DNA of 63,993 nt, filler included, from Perkinsus olseni (lineage: Eukaryota), in the NCBI GenBank assembly GCA_013115125.1. It is 11 parts of 11 records of this genome, joined end to end, with 100 filler letters (N's around TTAATTAATTAA, not from the genome) between each part and the next. Parts side by side here need not be neighbours in the genome. Positions count along the whole stretch, not along the records: positions 1 to 5,886 come from JABANN010001153.1; positions 5,987 to 11,867 come from JABANN010001154.1; 9 more parts are not named here. One strand, given 5' to 3'. The notes beneath the pieces were generated by a model. It was not told the origin of the DNA and did no database searches. It saw only the letters and a list, made by a program, of their open reading frames with translations. The position numbers and the translations under genes are program-made. Of this stretch, positions 1 to 10,213 are shown one piece after another; position 1 is the first letter of the stretch, and each line of letters opens with the position of its first letter.

Positions 1-72
1 AGCTAAGGATAAGGGACACCCTGTGTCCAGCACATCCTACAGCACACAGCAATTGGGCGATACCAGTGATCA
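1..72 (-). repeat. 3' LTR (partial), starting TGAT after the polypurine tract
   Basis: Minus strand reads GGGGGGG-CG-TGATCAC; bases 1-58 are repeated at 5829-5886. Confidence 0.7.
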
Positions 73-103
73 CGCCCCCCCAGACCAAATGTGTGTGCAA
101 CAA

Positions 104-964
104 TCAAAAGGCATCAATACCTTGAGATACTAGCCAATCACGCACAGCTTTGGGAATATGACGATGGGCAGTACTAGTAAACCCAGGACCAAAAAGATCC
201 AAAGGTCCTACAGTAAAAGTAGCAGACTCTCGGTCACGACGAGCACGAGGAGGATGCCAAGATCCATTACGGTGACGATCAAGGCCAACAACCTCCAGCT
301 GTTCAGGTGAAGCGTTCTCAACTAGACTAACAGATAAGTCATGAGACGGTTCAGCAGCATCAGAAGTCGTGGTTTCACGGATAACAAACACCCAATGACC
401 CGGTTTAATATCAAGAAAAGGAACCCCACCAGGCATAGAGGGCCGAGCAAGCTGGGTCAGTAGTGCTCTGTGAGGAAGAATAGAGTAATTGAAGTCATTA
501 ATAAACTCATCCGATTTGTAAGGTAACAGCTGACCAACAGATACATAACCAGACTTTCCACGGAGCTGGTACAAGTACCGATTACTTGGATGAACATGAT
601 CCACTTCATACGGACCCTGGATAACACGTTTACCGTTGATCTTACGGACAAGCCGCACGCTATCACCTTCCTCAAAAGAGTACCGGGGAACCACTGTCAT
701 CATATCATGAATTTCTGCTGTTGTGGCTCGCTCATCCCGGAGTTGGCGGTAGAGATCATACCGATCCTTAATAACAGTACTTACTTGGTCAAAATCGATC
801 TGACCATCCACGTCAGAACCAACAGTCAGGTTATGTGGGGACAACCTAGTCCCCATCAGTGGTGACTGATCATGGACAATACTACTAACCAATACAGAGA
901 TGTACCAGGGAAGAGCCGTACTGCTCGGCGAGCAGTGCTCGCAGCATTTGTTTGAAGACCACAC
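104..964 (-). CDS. Integrase C-terminal part in the -1 frame (end of core plus GPY/F SH3-like module)
   Basis: PWYISVLVSSIVHDQSPLMGTRLSPHNLTVG matches the post-catalytic integrase segment. FEEGDSVRL..QGPYEV is a GPY/F module. Overlaps the main ORF in the -1 frame. Confidence 0.8.
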   Translation of the reverse strand: MWSSNKCCEHCSPSSTALPWYISVLVSSIVHDQSPLMGTRLSPHNLTVGSDVDGQIDFDQVSTVIKDRYDLYRQLRDERATTAEIHDMMTVVPRYSFEEGDSVRLVRKINGKRVIQGPYEVDHVHPSNRYLYQLRGKSGYVSVGQLLPYKSDEFINDFNYSILPHRALLTQLARPSMPGGVPFLDIKPGHWVFVIRETTTSDAAEPSHDLSVSLVENASPEQLEVVGLDRHRNGSWHPPRARRDRESATFTVGPLDLFGPGFTSTAHRHIPKAVRDWLVSQGIDAF

Positions 965-3900
965 TTCAAATCACGGACTATACCTTCGACGAGACCCTGA
1001 GTTTGCGGCCTACGGGCTATCCCAATGGCCAAATGGAAACCCCAGGTTTTCGCGAAGGTAGACAGCTCATCACTAACATGGGCCCCTGCTCCATCTAGTT
1101 GAACATAGTCCGGTATTCCATAGGCCTGGAACCATATCAGAAGGCCCATGATGACAATAAGCGCCGATGTAGTTGGTACCAATAATGACAGTACAGCTCT
1201 TGATCCTTCATCAATCATGACCATAACATACATATTTCCACCGGGGCAAGGAGGCTGATTCGAGTCAGCAAAGCTATCCATAGGCCCCATGAAGTCCAAC
1301 TGCAGAGCGCTAAACCTCGTCATACCTCGCCTAAACACCAGGGGCTGAGGATTATAAGGCTCATACCACTTCCCCAGTTGGCAATTGGGGCAATGCTTTA
1401 TCCAGCGATTCATGTCCTTTGCCATTGTGGGCCACCAATAACCATCCGCCTTGGCAGCAGCAATTGCCCTAGGGGAGCCTCGATGCCCGCCAAGTAAGGG
1501 ATTACCATGATATCGATAAAGTGCCCAGGCGCGGCTACGTGTAGAAGGTAGGTATACTAGCCACGGCCCACCGGTTTGTTTGTCCTTGTACTTGAGTAGT
1601 CCTTCTGAGAACCTAAAACGCGGGCCAGTAGTTGCGCCCCCCAAACGCAGCCGTGTCGCAGTAGGGTAGGCATCAGGATCAGCAAAACTTGCTAGTAAAT
1701 CAGACACTGGTACACCAAATAACTTCAGGTTATTTGTAATATCTTCATCATCCAAGACTTGTCTACAGTGCTCCAAGAGGTCAGCTTCTGACATATCAGC
1801 AATGCCGGTCAAGTCATCACATTGCGTGGCACCAACATGCGCTGCGGCAACAGGGAATAGCTCTGTGTCTACTATAGAGATAACTGGATCAATAACGGGC
1901 AGCATCCTCTCAGGATCCACATGCCTAAGAGGAGGTGTAATCAACGCACAGTCACGATCATGTGTGAAAACTACACAAGAAGGGAGAGCATTTACAATGT
2001 TTGCCTTTCCGTTAGCATCAACAGGGATGTCAGAGAAAGCTGGCAACACAGCCAGCGAGTTCCCCAGTCGTGACAGCTTATCTGCCTCACCGTTGAGGTA
2101 TCCAGCTATATGGCGTATGCAAGCAGGTATGCCGAGCTTCTCTTGGCATTGAGATAAAAGGTCAGAAATATCATCCTGCAAACGGTGTACCGCTTGGATG
2201 TCATACTTACGAGGCTTATCCGCGCTACCCCATGCAGTTGCGGCGGTGTTATCACAATAAACAATGATGCCCCTAATATTATGGCTAGATGGTGGAAAGG
2301 CTTTCGCCCAATTCACCAAATAGCGGATTGTGCGGTGCAGCCAATAGAACTCCTTCCTATTGACATGCCATCGTTGCTGCTTTTCATCAAAAAGTCGAGC
2401 ATGTTCTTCTAAGGGTACGACATCATTATCATGAGGCCGACCCTCAGCAGTTCTCGAAGATATTAGGCAGCAACCTCCACCCTTGTCGGATGCGTCTGTA
2501 TATCCAATCAAATACAAATGCTCAGCTGGGATCGCGCCATGGGCACAATTCGAGAATCCCTCCTTAGCTCTATCAATGAGCGAACGCAGGGAGTCTAATT
2601 GCGGCTCAGCTAGCCGGAGCTGTTTATCCCAACTGCATTTCCATTTACCTGCCCATGAGCGAAGGTGATCGGCTATAAGCCTAGATTCAGCATGACAGTA
2701 CGCCGGATCATATATCGCTCCTGTAGCCGAGAATATCGATCTTTTCGATATAAATGGGCCAATAACGACACTGGATACTGGAGGGCTATTACACGAAACT
2801 AGGAGTTCTTTCGCATTGGACATGGAGAGAGTAACTCCTAGATGGTTAACAGCCGTTCCCAGACCTAACTGGGATTGTTTTTCAATAGGAAATTCAGCCC
2901 CTATCTGAGGGGCAATTCTCGATATAATTTCAACAAACCGGCGAGCCAGGTCGGTTGGACCGATGACCAGAAGGTCATCGTAGTAAGGCAAAATTGTCAA
3001 GCCCGAGATGACATCCGCCAGTCCGAAGACTTCGTGTACTTCAACAGGCCTTCCTAGCATGCCTGTGAGTACCGCATTGCATAGCGTACACACTTGTGCG
3101 CTCAATATGGCTGGACCTATCCGGATTCCAAAAATAATCCTATTTGAGACGAATACCCTACCCAGGGTACGGACCCTAACAAACTTGTTATGGGCTATTC
3201 TAATTTTATAGAATGCCTTTCGCAAATCTAATATAAACATACTAGATGATGCAGGGTCCCATCGTGCACGGACTAATCTCAGGATCTGGTCAATAGACCA
3301 ACCATTATAAGACGCTCTTGCAAGCTCACTATTGAGCCTGCGTGCGTCACTACACGCGCGCACGCGTGTAGATTTCGTTTCCTTCTGGCATGAAGGAAAC
3401 GTGATTATATCAGTTTCCGAGACCAAGGAGTGGGTATGGTCATTTTGGTCTATCGGGACCCACCAATGACTATCCACAAAATTCTTGATCTCCAAGCAAT
3501 AGTCAGAACGTGCTTGCTCTGAAAGAGCCTTGTACAGTCCGATGCTATAGTCGAAGGGTTTCGACGTGTTGCCCTTGCTTTTCATCGCATCGGCCACGTT
3601 ACTGGCTTGCGGACCCCTCGGCAACACTTCGACCTCAAGGGTCACAGTCTGAACACTGGTGTCCTTGACCTCCCAAGGCTCCAGTCGACGGAGTCTAAAA
3701 CGGTAGTCCGGCGCACCCGGGCATGCCTTCCATTTGTCAATATTTGACGTCAGGTAGAAGAGTGCCGATTCAACCTGGGTATCTATAGACGCTGAGATTC
3801 CACCTTCGTTGATTCCAGACGCAGATGGGACACTAATCTGTATGCCAATCGAAGGAAAATCTGGGTAACCCAACAGAACATCTGCTTCAGGCAAAGAATC

Positions 3901-5745
3901 CGTTATGAAACAACGTATTACTGGGCTATACCCACCATGGTTAAGTCGCAGAAACACTATCGAATCCATAGCTATTGTACTGCCGTCAGCTAGTATGAGA
4001 GTTGAGGGGTGTTGTAATTTTTTGACTTTCAACTGTAAATGATCCACCACGAGTCTTGTCACGAGGCTACATGCCGAGTAGCTGTCGATACCAACGCGCA
4101 CAGAAAACTGTTGGTCCAGTTCGTCGGGTGGTGACACCATCGTTGTCATTCTCCAGACTTTATCCGCCCCTGCTACTGACTGCGCAACACTCACAAAGTA
4201 AGCAGAGGTTTCACTAGTCTTAGAAACATTCACAGTACTAGATCTGTCTTGGTCAGACTTCTTCGAAGATCCATACTTCGGACAGTCTGCCAGCTTGTGC
4301 TCCATGGAGCCGCAACCCAGGCAAGCACCAGCTTGTCGTCGTTGCTGTAAGACTGAGCTGCTCACCTTGAGCTTCTCAGCAAGTGTCGGCTTGGCGGATT
4401 GAGCAGAGCCCGTCGAAGCCGTGGTAGATGCTGAAGATGGCTTAGATGGGGAAGTTGCAGTACCAGGTGCAACCCGCCGTTTATGCTCGCCATCTCGACC
4501 ATTATTACGGGACTCTTCAGCCGAAGGACTAGAAGAAATTGGCTTCCCATCATGCCCATGCTTTGGGCGCTTATCATGACCATGATCTTGCTGCGAACGG
4601 TGTCGTTTCTCACCACGATGGGACTTCTGGTTATCCTTCGTGCCGTTAGGGTCATCCCTCGTGAAGTCAAAGCGCTCTGTACCAAAAAGTCTGTCAAAAT
4701 CACTGAACCCATTAGCCCTAGCATACTCCTGAACAAGTGTAGTACACTCAGTATCAGACTTAGCCCTGGTCTCTATGAGACGTGCCAACTCAAGCACACC
4801 ATTATGCTCAGCAGCCGCCTTGCAAGAGCGAACAATAAGAGCCAGGTTCTTACGGCGGACTTTAAAGTCGAGCTTGACCGCACAGTCTTGGTTAAGGCCA
4901 TCATCACCAATTGCCGCAATCTTCGCTGCCAACCGACGCTCCTCAGAAAAAGCCCTCGAAAGAGGAATCTTCCTGAAACGTAAGGATGCCCATTGGCCGA
5001 GTAAGAGAACGATGTTATTGTCTCTTGGGGCTTCCGTCTCCTGATAGTCATGCCAACATGAAACCAACCTATCATATAGAATTTTCAGCGCATTAGTCCA
5101 TCTGGTAAAGTAACCATTCAGCACATCGGCATTGTAGTCCTTCTTGCTAGCTTCTTTCGTAATAAAAGTCCATAGCAGCAGGTCGGACTTGGGGTTAAAC
5201 TTCTCGACTCCACCGATTGAAGTAAAGAGTGCCTCCTTAAGGTTAGTGCGCAAGGCCGTATCCACCACGGTTTCCGGAAGGTAAGCCGCTAGACCAACCA
5301 AGAGAGGGCCCCACTTAGGTCCTGTAATACGCGCAGTGGCAGAGGATAAGTGTTGGCAAAGAGCATCGTAGTTGAAAACAGCGAACCCATCTTCTTGGCC
5401 AAAGGCCTCATCGCGAGTGGCAGTTCGATGTCGGGCCAGCTTATATGCTGCATGAAAAGCTGCAGGATCTGGTCCGAGGCGTTTGTCAGCGCAGGTAAAC
5501 TCCAAACCCGACCAGGCCAAAGCATTGGCAGAGACGCCGACAACAGCCAAAAGTTGGCGATAAGTACTTTGAGTTTGCAAGTGGGACCATTCCACCTCTA
5601 GCTCCTCAAAGCCTCCTCCAGGCACTGCCGCCAGGGCTGCCTTAACCCTATCCAAAGGGTTCTTTTCATTTAAAGAGATCTGAGGGCCGGATGATGCACC
5701 ATGATCACCCTTTGAGCCAGTCGACACCACAGATCCCTTCACCAT
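856..5745 (-). CDS. Gag-Pol polyprotein (CCHC knuckle, aspartic protease, RT, RNase H, integrase N-term and core)
   Basis: CLGCGSMEHKLADC zinc knuckle; IDSYSACS protease; LDLRKAFY / IFGIRIGP / YYDDLLV RT; YTDAS..DN..ADKLSR RNase H; H..GGH..YWWP..CPNC zinc finger; LQLDFMGP, QLDG, PQTQGLVE integrase core. First in-frame ATG at 5745 (ORF track opens at TTG 5790). Confidence 0.93.
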   Translation of the reverse strand: MVKGSVVSTGSKGDHGASSGPQISLNEKNPLDRVKAALAAVPGGGFEELEVEWSHLQTQSTYRQLLAVVGVSANALAWSGLEFTCADKRLGPDPAAFHAAYKLARHRTATRDEAFGQEDGFAVFNYDALCQHLSSATARITGPKWGPLLVGLAAYLPETVVDTALRTNLKEALFTSIGGVEKFNPKSDLLLWTFITKEASKKDYNADVLNGYFTRWTNALKILYDRLVSCWHDYQETEAPRDNNIVLLLGQWASLRFRKIPLSRAFSEERRLAAKIAAIGDDGLNQDCAVKLDFKVRRKNLALIVRSCKAAAEHNGVLELARLIETRAKSDTECTTLVQEYARANGFSDFDRLFGTERFDFTRDDPNGTKDNQKSHRGEKRHRSQQDHGHDKRPKHGHDGKPISSSPSAEESRNNGRDGEHKRRVAPGTATSPSKPSSASTTASTGSAQSAKPTLAEKLKVSSSVLQQRRQAGACLGCGSMEHKLADCPKYGSSKKSDQDRSSTVNVSKTSETSAYFVSVAQSVAGADKVWRMTTMVSPPDELDQQFSVRVGIDSYSACSLVTRLVVDHLQLKVKKLQHPSTLILADGSTIAMDSIVFLRLNHGGYSPVIRCFITDSLPEADVLLGYPDFPSIGIQISVPSASGINEGGISASIDTQVESALFYLTSNIDKWKACPGAPDYRFRLRRLEPWEVKDTSVQTVTLEVEVLPRGPQASNVADAMKSKGNTSKPFDYSIGLYKALSEQARSDYCLEIKNFVDSHWWVPIDQNDHTHSLVSETDIITFPSCQKETKSTRVRACSDARRLNSELARASYNGWSIDQILRLVRARWDPASSSMFILDLRKAFYKIRIAHNKFVRVRTLGRVFVSNRIIFGIRIGPAILSAQVCTLCNAVLTGMLGRPVEVHEVFGLADVISGLTILPYYDDLLVIGPTDLARRFVEIISRIAPQIGAEFPIEKQSQLGLGTAVNHLGVTLSMSNAKELLVSCNSPPVSSVVIGPFISKRSIFSATGAIYDPAYCHAESRLIADHLRSWAGKWKCSWDKQLRLAEPQLDSLRSLIDRAKEGFSNCAHGAIPAEHLYLIGYTDASDKGGGCCLISSRTAEGRPHDNDVVPLEEHARLFDEKQQRWHVNRKEFYWLHRTIRYLVNWAKAFPPSSHNIRGIIVYCDNTAATAWGSADKPRKYDIQAVHRLQDDISDLLSQCQEKLGIPACIRHIAGYLNGEADKLSRLGNSLAVLPAFSDIPVDANGKANIVNALPSCVVFTHDRDCALITPPLRHVDPERMLPVIDPVISIVDTELFPVAAAHVGATQCDDLTGIADMSEADLLEHCRQVLDDEDITNNLKLFGVPVSDLLASFADPDAYPTATRLRLGGATTGPRFRFSEGLLKYKDKQTGGPWLVYLPSTRSRAWALYRYHGNPLLGGHRGSPRAIAAAKADGYWWPTMAKDMNRWIKHCPNCQLGKWYEPYNPQPLVFRRGMTRFSALQLDFMGPMDSFADSNQPPCPGGNMYVMVMIDEGSRAVLSLLVPTTSALIVIMGLLIWFQAYGIPDYVQLDGAGAHVSDELSTFAKTWGFHLAIGIARRPQTQGLVEGIVRDLKCGLQTNAASTARRAVRLFPGTSLYWLVVLSMISHH

Positions 5746-5886
5746 TGATACAACGCTAGTATGCAACTTATTGGAGGAAATAATATCCAACAGGAAAGGA
5801 ATAAGCAGAACAATACATTACTAGCAGTAGCTAAGGATAAGGGACACCCTGTGTCCAGCACATCCTACAGCACACAGCAATTGGGC
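5746..5886 (-). repeat. 5' LTR (partial), ending ...GTATCA and followed by a PBS-like TGGT
   Basis: Shares 58 bp with 1-58. TGAT...ATCA termini. Minus strand continues A-TGGTGAAGGGATC. Confidence 0.65.
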
Positions 5887-5986
5887 NNNNNNNNNNNNNN
5901 NNNNNNNNNNNNNNNNNNNNNNNNNNNNNNTTAATTAATTAANNNNNNNNNNNNNNNNNNNNNNNNNNNNNNNNNNNNNNNNNNNN
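5887..5986. other. Artificial contig linker N44-TTAATTAATTAA-N44 (also at 11868, 17843, 23813, 29762, 35696, 41628, 47548, 53443, 59335)
   Basis: Identical 100-nt spacer with stops in all frames. Contig lengths fall monotonically (5886, 5881, 5875, 5870, 5849, 5834, 5832, 5820, 5795, 5792). Confidence 0.98.
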
Positions 5987-5987
5987 C

Positions 5988-6059
5988 GGTTCTATGGTGT
6001 AACGGTTAGCACTCCAGACTCTGAATCTGGCGATCTGGGTTCAAATCCCGGTAGAACCT
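5988..6059 (+). tRNA. tRNA-Gln (CTG)
   Basis: GGTTCTA/TAGAACC acceptor stem; anticodon arm CCAGA-CT-CTG-AA-TCTGG; T-loop GGTTCAAATCC. Confidence 0.96.
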
Positions 6060-6199
6060 CTACGCAAAATCATCTCGAAATGATATTGCGGTTTCACGTG
6101 ACCTCCTATCTTCAACACTACTCACGAGCGCTGAGCCAATCAGCATTGGAGTCACTCGGCGGCTGTATTCATTAGCGAGGGCTCGCGGCGACCACTATA

Positions 6200-7400
6200 G
6201 TTTGGAGTTCCGGCTGTTCCCTAGATACCAGAACTACCTCTGAGATCCCCTGCAGCCCCGCTAAGGACAGCCTACAGAGTAAGTTGACCCTCCAGGCATG
6301 CAGCGGAAGAAACATACTACTCCCCCGCTACTACCTATCATCTCTTTGAACATATCCCTATCAGAAAAGGCGCGAATATTGTCCGCTAGGTAGTCCGCGC
6401 AGGCCAATACCACACCATCGTGAGCGGGGTACTGATGCAAAACGGGGAGTGGCAGACCCTTCAACCCTTCAAGGACCCTTCAAGGACCACCACGGGGAGG
6501 AGTACTCACTCTATGCCGGGAGAATCCGATTGCCAGAGAGGTTACCAACTGCAGGCTCAGCCCCGGTACTAAAGATGAATTATCGGATTGAAGCACCAGC
6601 GTGGAGACCTGGGAGGCAAGCGCTCCGACAGGGAGGTGAAAGACCGAGGAAACCTCCACAAGGATGAGTTCGAAAGAATAAGTCCCTGTTCGAACCCTCC
6701 TCCAGTACACGCTTGTGAGCCTCGTCATATTTGAGAACTTAAGCAGACGACCACCGTAGGCCATCGAGGAGTGTCCCTCTAGCACCAGGAGTTGTTCCGC
6801 GGAGACTCCGCCACGGCGTCACGATTAAGTGGAATCGTCTTAAACCCCCACTGGCGATTCACCAGAACCGATCATATGATGGGACGAAAGTTTTCTACGA
6901 GCGTTCCTTGCTTTCTCGAGGTTTTGGAACGAATCCCCAACGCACTCAACTTCGTCACATGTACACCATCAGCCCCCAGACTCCCAAGACTCCGGTCGAT
7001 GCCGAGCGTACGACCCCACCTTCTCAAAAAAGGGCGGATGAACATTTTCCAGCCGTCCAAATGCCCGCAAGCCCAGAGCTATCTCCTCCATAGTCAGAGT
7101 CGGGGCTCGTGAAACCTACGCCTCGGATCACCTCCGATACCACCCCACGGCCTACTACCGCTAAGGCAAGACTTGCGTAGAACTTGTGAGCTCTGATGAA
7201 GCCCATCCACTGAAGTCCGCCTGCGATCTCCAACATAGTGTGGAGGGAATCCACGCTGAGATTGGGCTTATACAGCGTCCGGAGAAGCTTCCCGCAAAGA
7301 GCTGAGAAAAAGGCGCGAGCAGCGGGCACTTCCGCTGAGACGGAGCCTGGTGATTGCGGAACAGCGCAGGCTAGAAGAGGTTATTATTCTCTCAGCAGTT
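6200..7400 (-). CDS. Putative multi-exon protein of unknown function (possibly RAP/helical-repeat related); boundaries approximate
   Basis: Consecutive protein-like minus-strand ORFs (7024-7329, 6872-7060, 6480-6785, 6261-6464). No diagnostic motif. Confidence 0.3.
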
Positions 7401-7546
7401 TCATGATTAACAGCGATGAATTATTCGCTCATCTGTCGATCGGCTCAACGAGTATTTCACGACGGGTGCCAATTCGCCGGCTTATGACACGGTAGCGACT
7501 AAAGGCGAGGCGAACCAGCCGGGACCATCGAGAATCATATCACCGA

Positions 7547-7619
7547 TCCGATGTAGTCTAGCTGGTTAGGATTCGTGGCTCTCACCCACGCGAACGGGGT
7601 TCGAGTCCCCGCATCGGAA
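7547..7619 (+). tRNA. tRNA-Glu (CTC)
   Basis: TCCGATG/CATCGGA acceptor stem; CGTGG-CT-CTC-AC-CCACG anticodon arm; GGTTCGAGTCC T-loop; TTTT Pol III terminator downstream. Confidence 0.96.
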
Positions 7620-7749
7620 ATTTTCATGCCACGAATTTGAACACGTTCTCAATTTACCAACAGCCGGGTCCCATAACCGTTTTCACAGTCTCCTCTCCGA
7701 TGTTTCCTTGACGCAACCCCCCTCAAGGAGTTATCAATTACCGAATTGC

Positions 7750-9449
7750 CGATGCCCGAGTGACTGCAGGGACCCCAGGACATCCGCTATAGCTCGTGTA
7801 TCCAGATTATCCGCATACTCCCCAATATCCCGCAACAGCAGTTTATACCGCGGATCTCTCGTAAGGTCGTTAACAAGCACTGAAAAGAATGATTCACGCC
7901 CTTGAACTCAGCCGTAGCGAGTAAAATCTAGAATTCCCGATCGCCCCCGCAATCACCACCAAAGCGTCGTGAAACCTTTATGCTGGACTGTTGACGTACC
8001 CCTCTTCTACATAACAAAAGAGCAACGATTGAAGAGGCTCCCTCTTCACCCTCTCTTGTGACTTAACACTCTCAACAAGCCTCACACTGGCTCACACGCA
8101 CACGAACACGCGAGGTTGGTCTACCCAAACACACATATCTATACACAATCTCTACGCCTAAAGTCGAACGCCCAACAAGCCTTTCCGGCAGACAGCTCCA
8201 ATACGTGTCGTGACTCGCCCTGAGCAGAGAAGCCTACTGTTTTTCCTCGTCTGCTTTCCCTCAACAGGAGCGCTCATAACCTGGTCCATCAGATAGCGCC
8301 CTTCCTTGGTCACATCCACGAGGCCTGCCGCTTCGTCGTCGACCGTGGTGGCCAGCATCTGCAACAACAAGAACACCACCATACAAAAGGCGGCAACAAC
8401 GCACGCAGTTGTGCAAGTGTGCAACGCACCCCCATACGCTTATGAACACCAGCAATGGCTGGGTGGCCCCGAGACTGTTCCGGAAATCTTCGACTGAGTC
8501 ATCCTCGAGTCCTAGTGGTAATCACTACCGCAGTCACACACAGAGATGAGATAATCCGCACCAACCACGATTGGAAGGCCAAGAAAGTTTCGGCGCGAAG
8601 AGCAACAGCCGTCATGCTGACGGTTTCATTGGATACACTATCAACAAGCACGTCTAGAAACTCCACTCGGACCATGAATCTCAGTAGGTTAAGATCCTCT
8701 CATTCTCGATGGGACCCTATACTACATCGAGCCTACACCAATACCACCTTTCCCCAGCATCACCTCCACAGCAGTAACGAGATTCTGTACGAACATGACC
8801 CCCCTATGGGTGATGATGGCTGCCAGAATCTCCTCAGTCGTCTTCAACTTCCTCAATTTCGCGTCCATCTGTTGGCAGATGGGATTGAGGTACCTGAAAG
8901 TCTGCACTAATGGCGTCCTCAGAAAAAGTGCTGGTCGAAGCTGGAACTTATTATTGACGCGCGTGTTGAGTTATCTAATGCACTGATGCTCATAAACTAA
9001 TAGCGCTGGATGGACTAGTACCCTCATACTTTGTGAGCACTTCTTGCTCGTGAACTCATAAATACAACACTCGAAATTCCCATGCAAGGTGGATGGTAAA
9101 ACGAACGATGGCATTCGCAGACGTCGAGTGAACTCCGCACGACAGGACATCCTCTCGGTATCAGCAACCGCACCGTTCCGACGATAGCCGCTCGAGGCTA
9201 GCACTACCACCACTCATAGATAAATTGATTCCCATAGCCGTTATCGTCTCGGACCTACACCTGTACTGGCGGTGGTGGTGACTCAGTTTTCCAGCTGTCA
9301 ATCCCCTCAGGCCCACGATGAGGAGGTGCCTCCACTGTAGCAGCTGTAGCACAGTAACGTGTCCTGAGAAGGCCCGATGCCAACCGTGGCCCTGGTCGTA
9401 GACGGAGGAGCATTTGATGATGAATTCTGATTGAAAAAGAGGAATCCAT
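7750..9449 (-). CDS. Multi-exon hypothetical protein with mitochondrial-presequence-like N-terminus; 3' end approximate
   Basis: ATG at 9449; R/L/S-rich N-terminus (MLLRLRPGPRLASGLLRTRYCATAA) ending at a GT donor; helical exon ORFs such as 8722-8907. Confidence 0.45.
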
Positions 9450-9674
9450 GGTTGATCCTAGTCGGCCTCGGATTGGCTTCTATTTTTAGTTCCCTCTCGA
9501 GAGCAATAAGTCGCTCACTCTTGTGAGGAGAACGACCCGATCATCACATTCAGCCGTCCTAGCTCGTCACGATAGAAGAGAGTATTACACCCACTCAGAG
9601 ACAGAATACGTTGCCGCTGATCACCAGCCCTGCCTAAGGAATCCTTAGTAAGACTTTCGAGACTTTCTTTAGAG

Positions 9675-9729
9675 AACGAGAGACTTTCGTATTAATCCTT
9701 AGTAAGGATTAGTACGAAAGTCTCTCGTT
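9675..9729. repeat. Near-perfect 55-bp palindrome
   Basis: AACGAGAGACTTTCGTATTAATCCTTA-G-TAAGGATTAGTACGAAAGTCTCTCGTT: 27-bp arms, one mismatch. Confidence 0.9.
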
Positions 9730-10213
9730 AGTACCGCGATCGCCCTCAGTAGTAGGCTACTGTCTGTGCCCCCAGTGATGTACTCCTCCTATGCACTCAA
9801 CCATTACAGAATTGATCCTTCAAGGGATCTTCGACTGCATGGTAATGCCGAAAAATGACGCCCGATGAAGAGCCTCCAGTAAGTGCGACTGAACAGGTCT
9901 ATTCATAAACAACTACTACGTTCATCCTGGACGAACTCGCGAAGGTAGATCCCGCCAGCTTCAAGCGCAGAGGCGATCGACTAGCAAATCAGTATTGTTT
10001 CATGTCCCTACGACCCCTGCAAGTTGGTAAAGTGGGATGATCGCGACAGAGGTTGATAACACTCGCAGCTGTGTCCTATGAACCCGATACAAATTGATGA
10101 ACACTACCACTTTTTTGATACGTTGGTAAGGCGATTCAGTAGCTCAGGAAAAGGGGTACGAGTACAGACGCTACATCATCCTCAGGGCAATTGGGGTCAG
10201 CTCTTGTGATGTA

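Larger units (their letters stand above)
1..5886 (-). mobile_element. LTR retrotransposon, essentially complete (gag-PR-RT-RNaseH-IN)
   Basis: Identical 58-bp direct repeat at both contig ends (1-58 = 5829-5886). G7 polypurine tract (minus strand 81-75) just before TGAT. Polyprotein with all LTR-element domains. Confidence 0.93.

Noticed and set aside
1802-5601. Short antisense or alternate-frame ORFs within the retrotransposon
   Set aside because: Shadow ORFs with no motifs; no env-like ORF evident.
5931-5942. Regularly spaced TTAATTAATTAA motif about every 5.9 kb
   Set aside because: Synthetic six-frame-stop spacer embedded in N runs.
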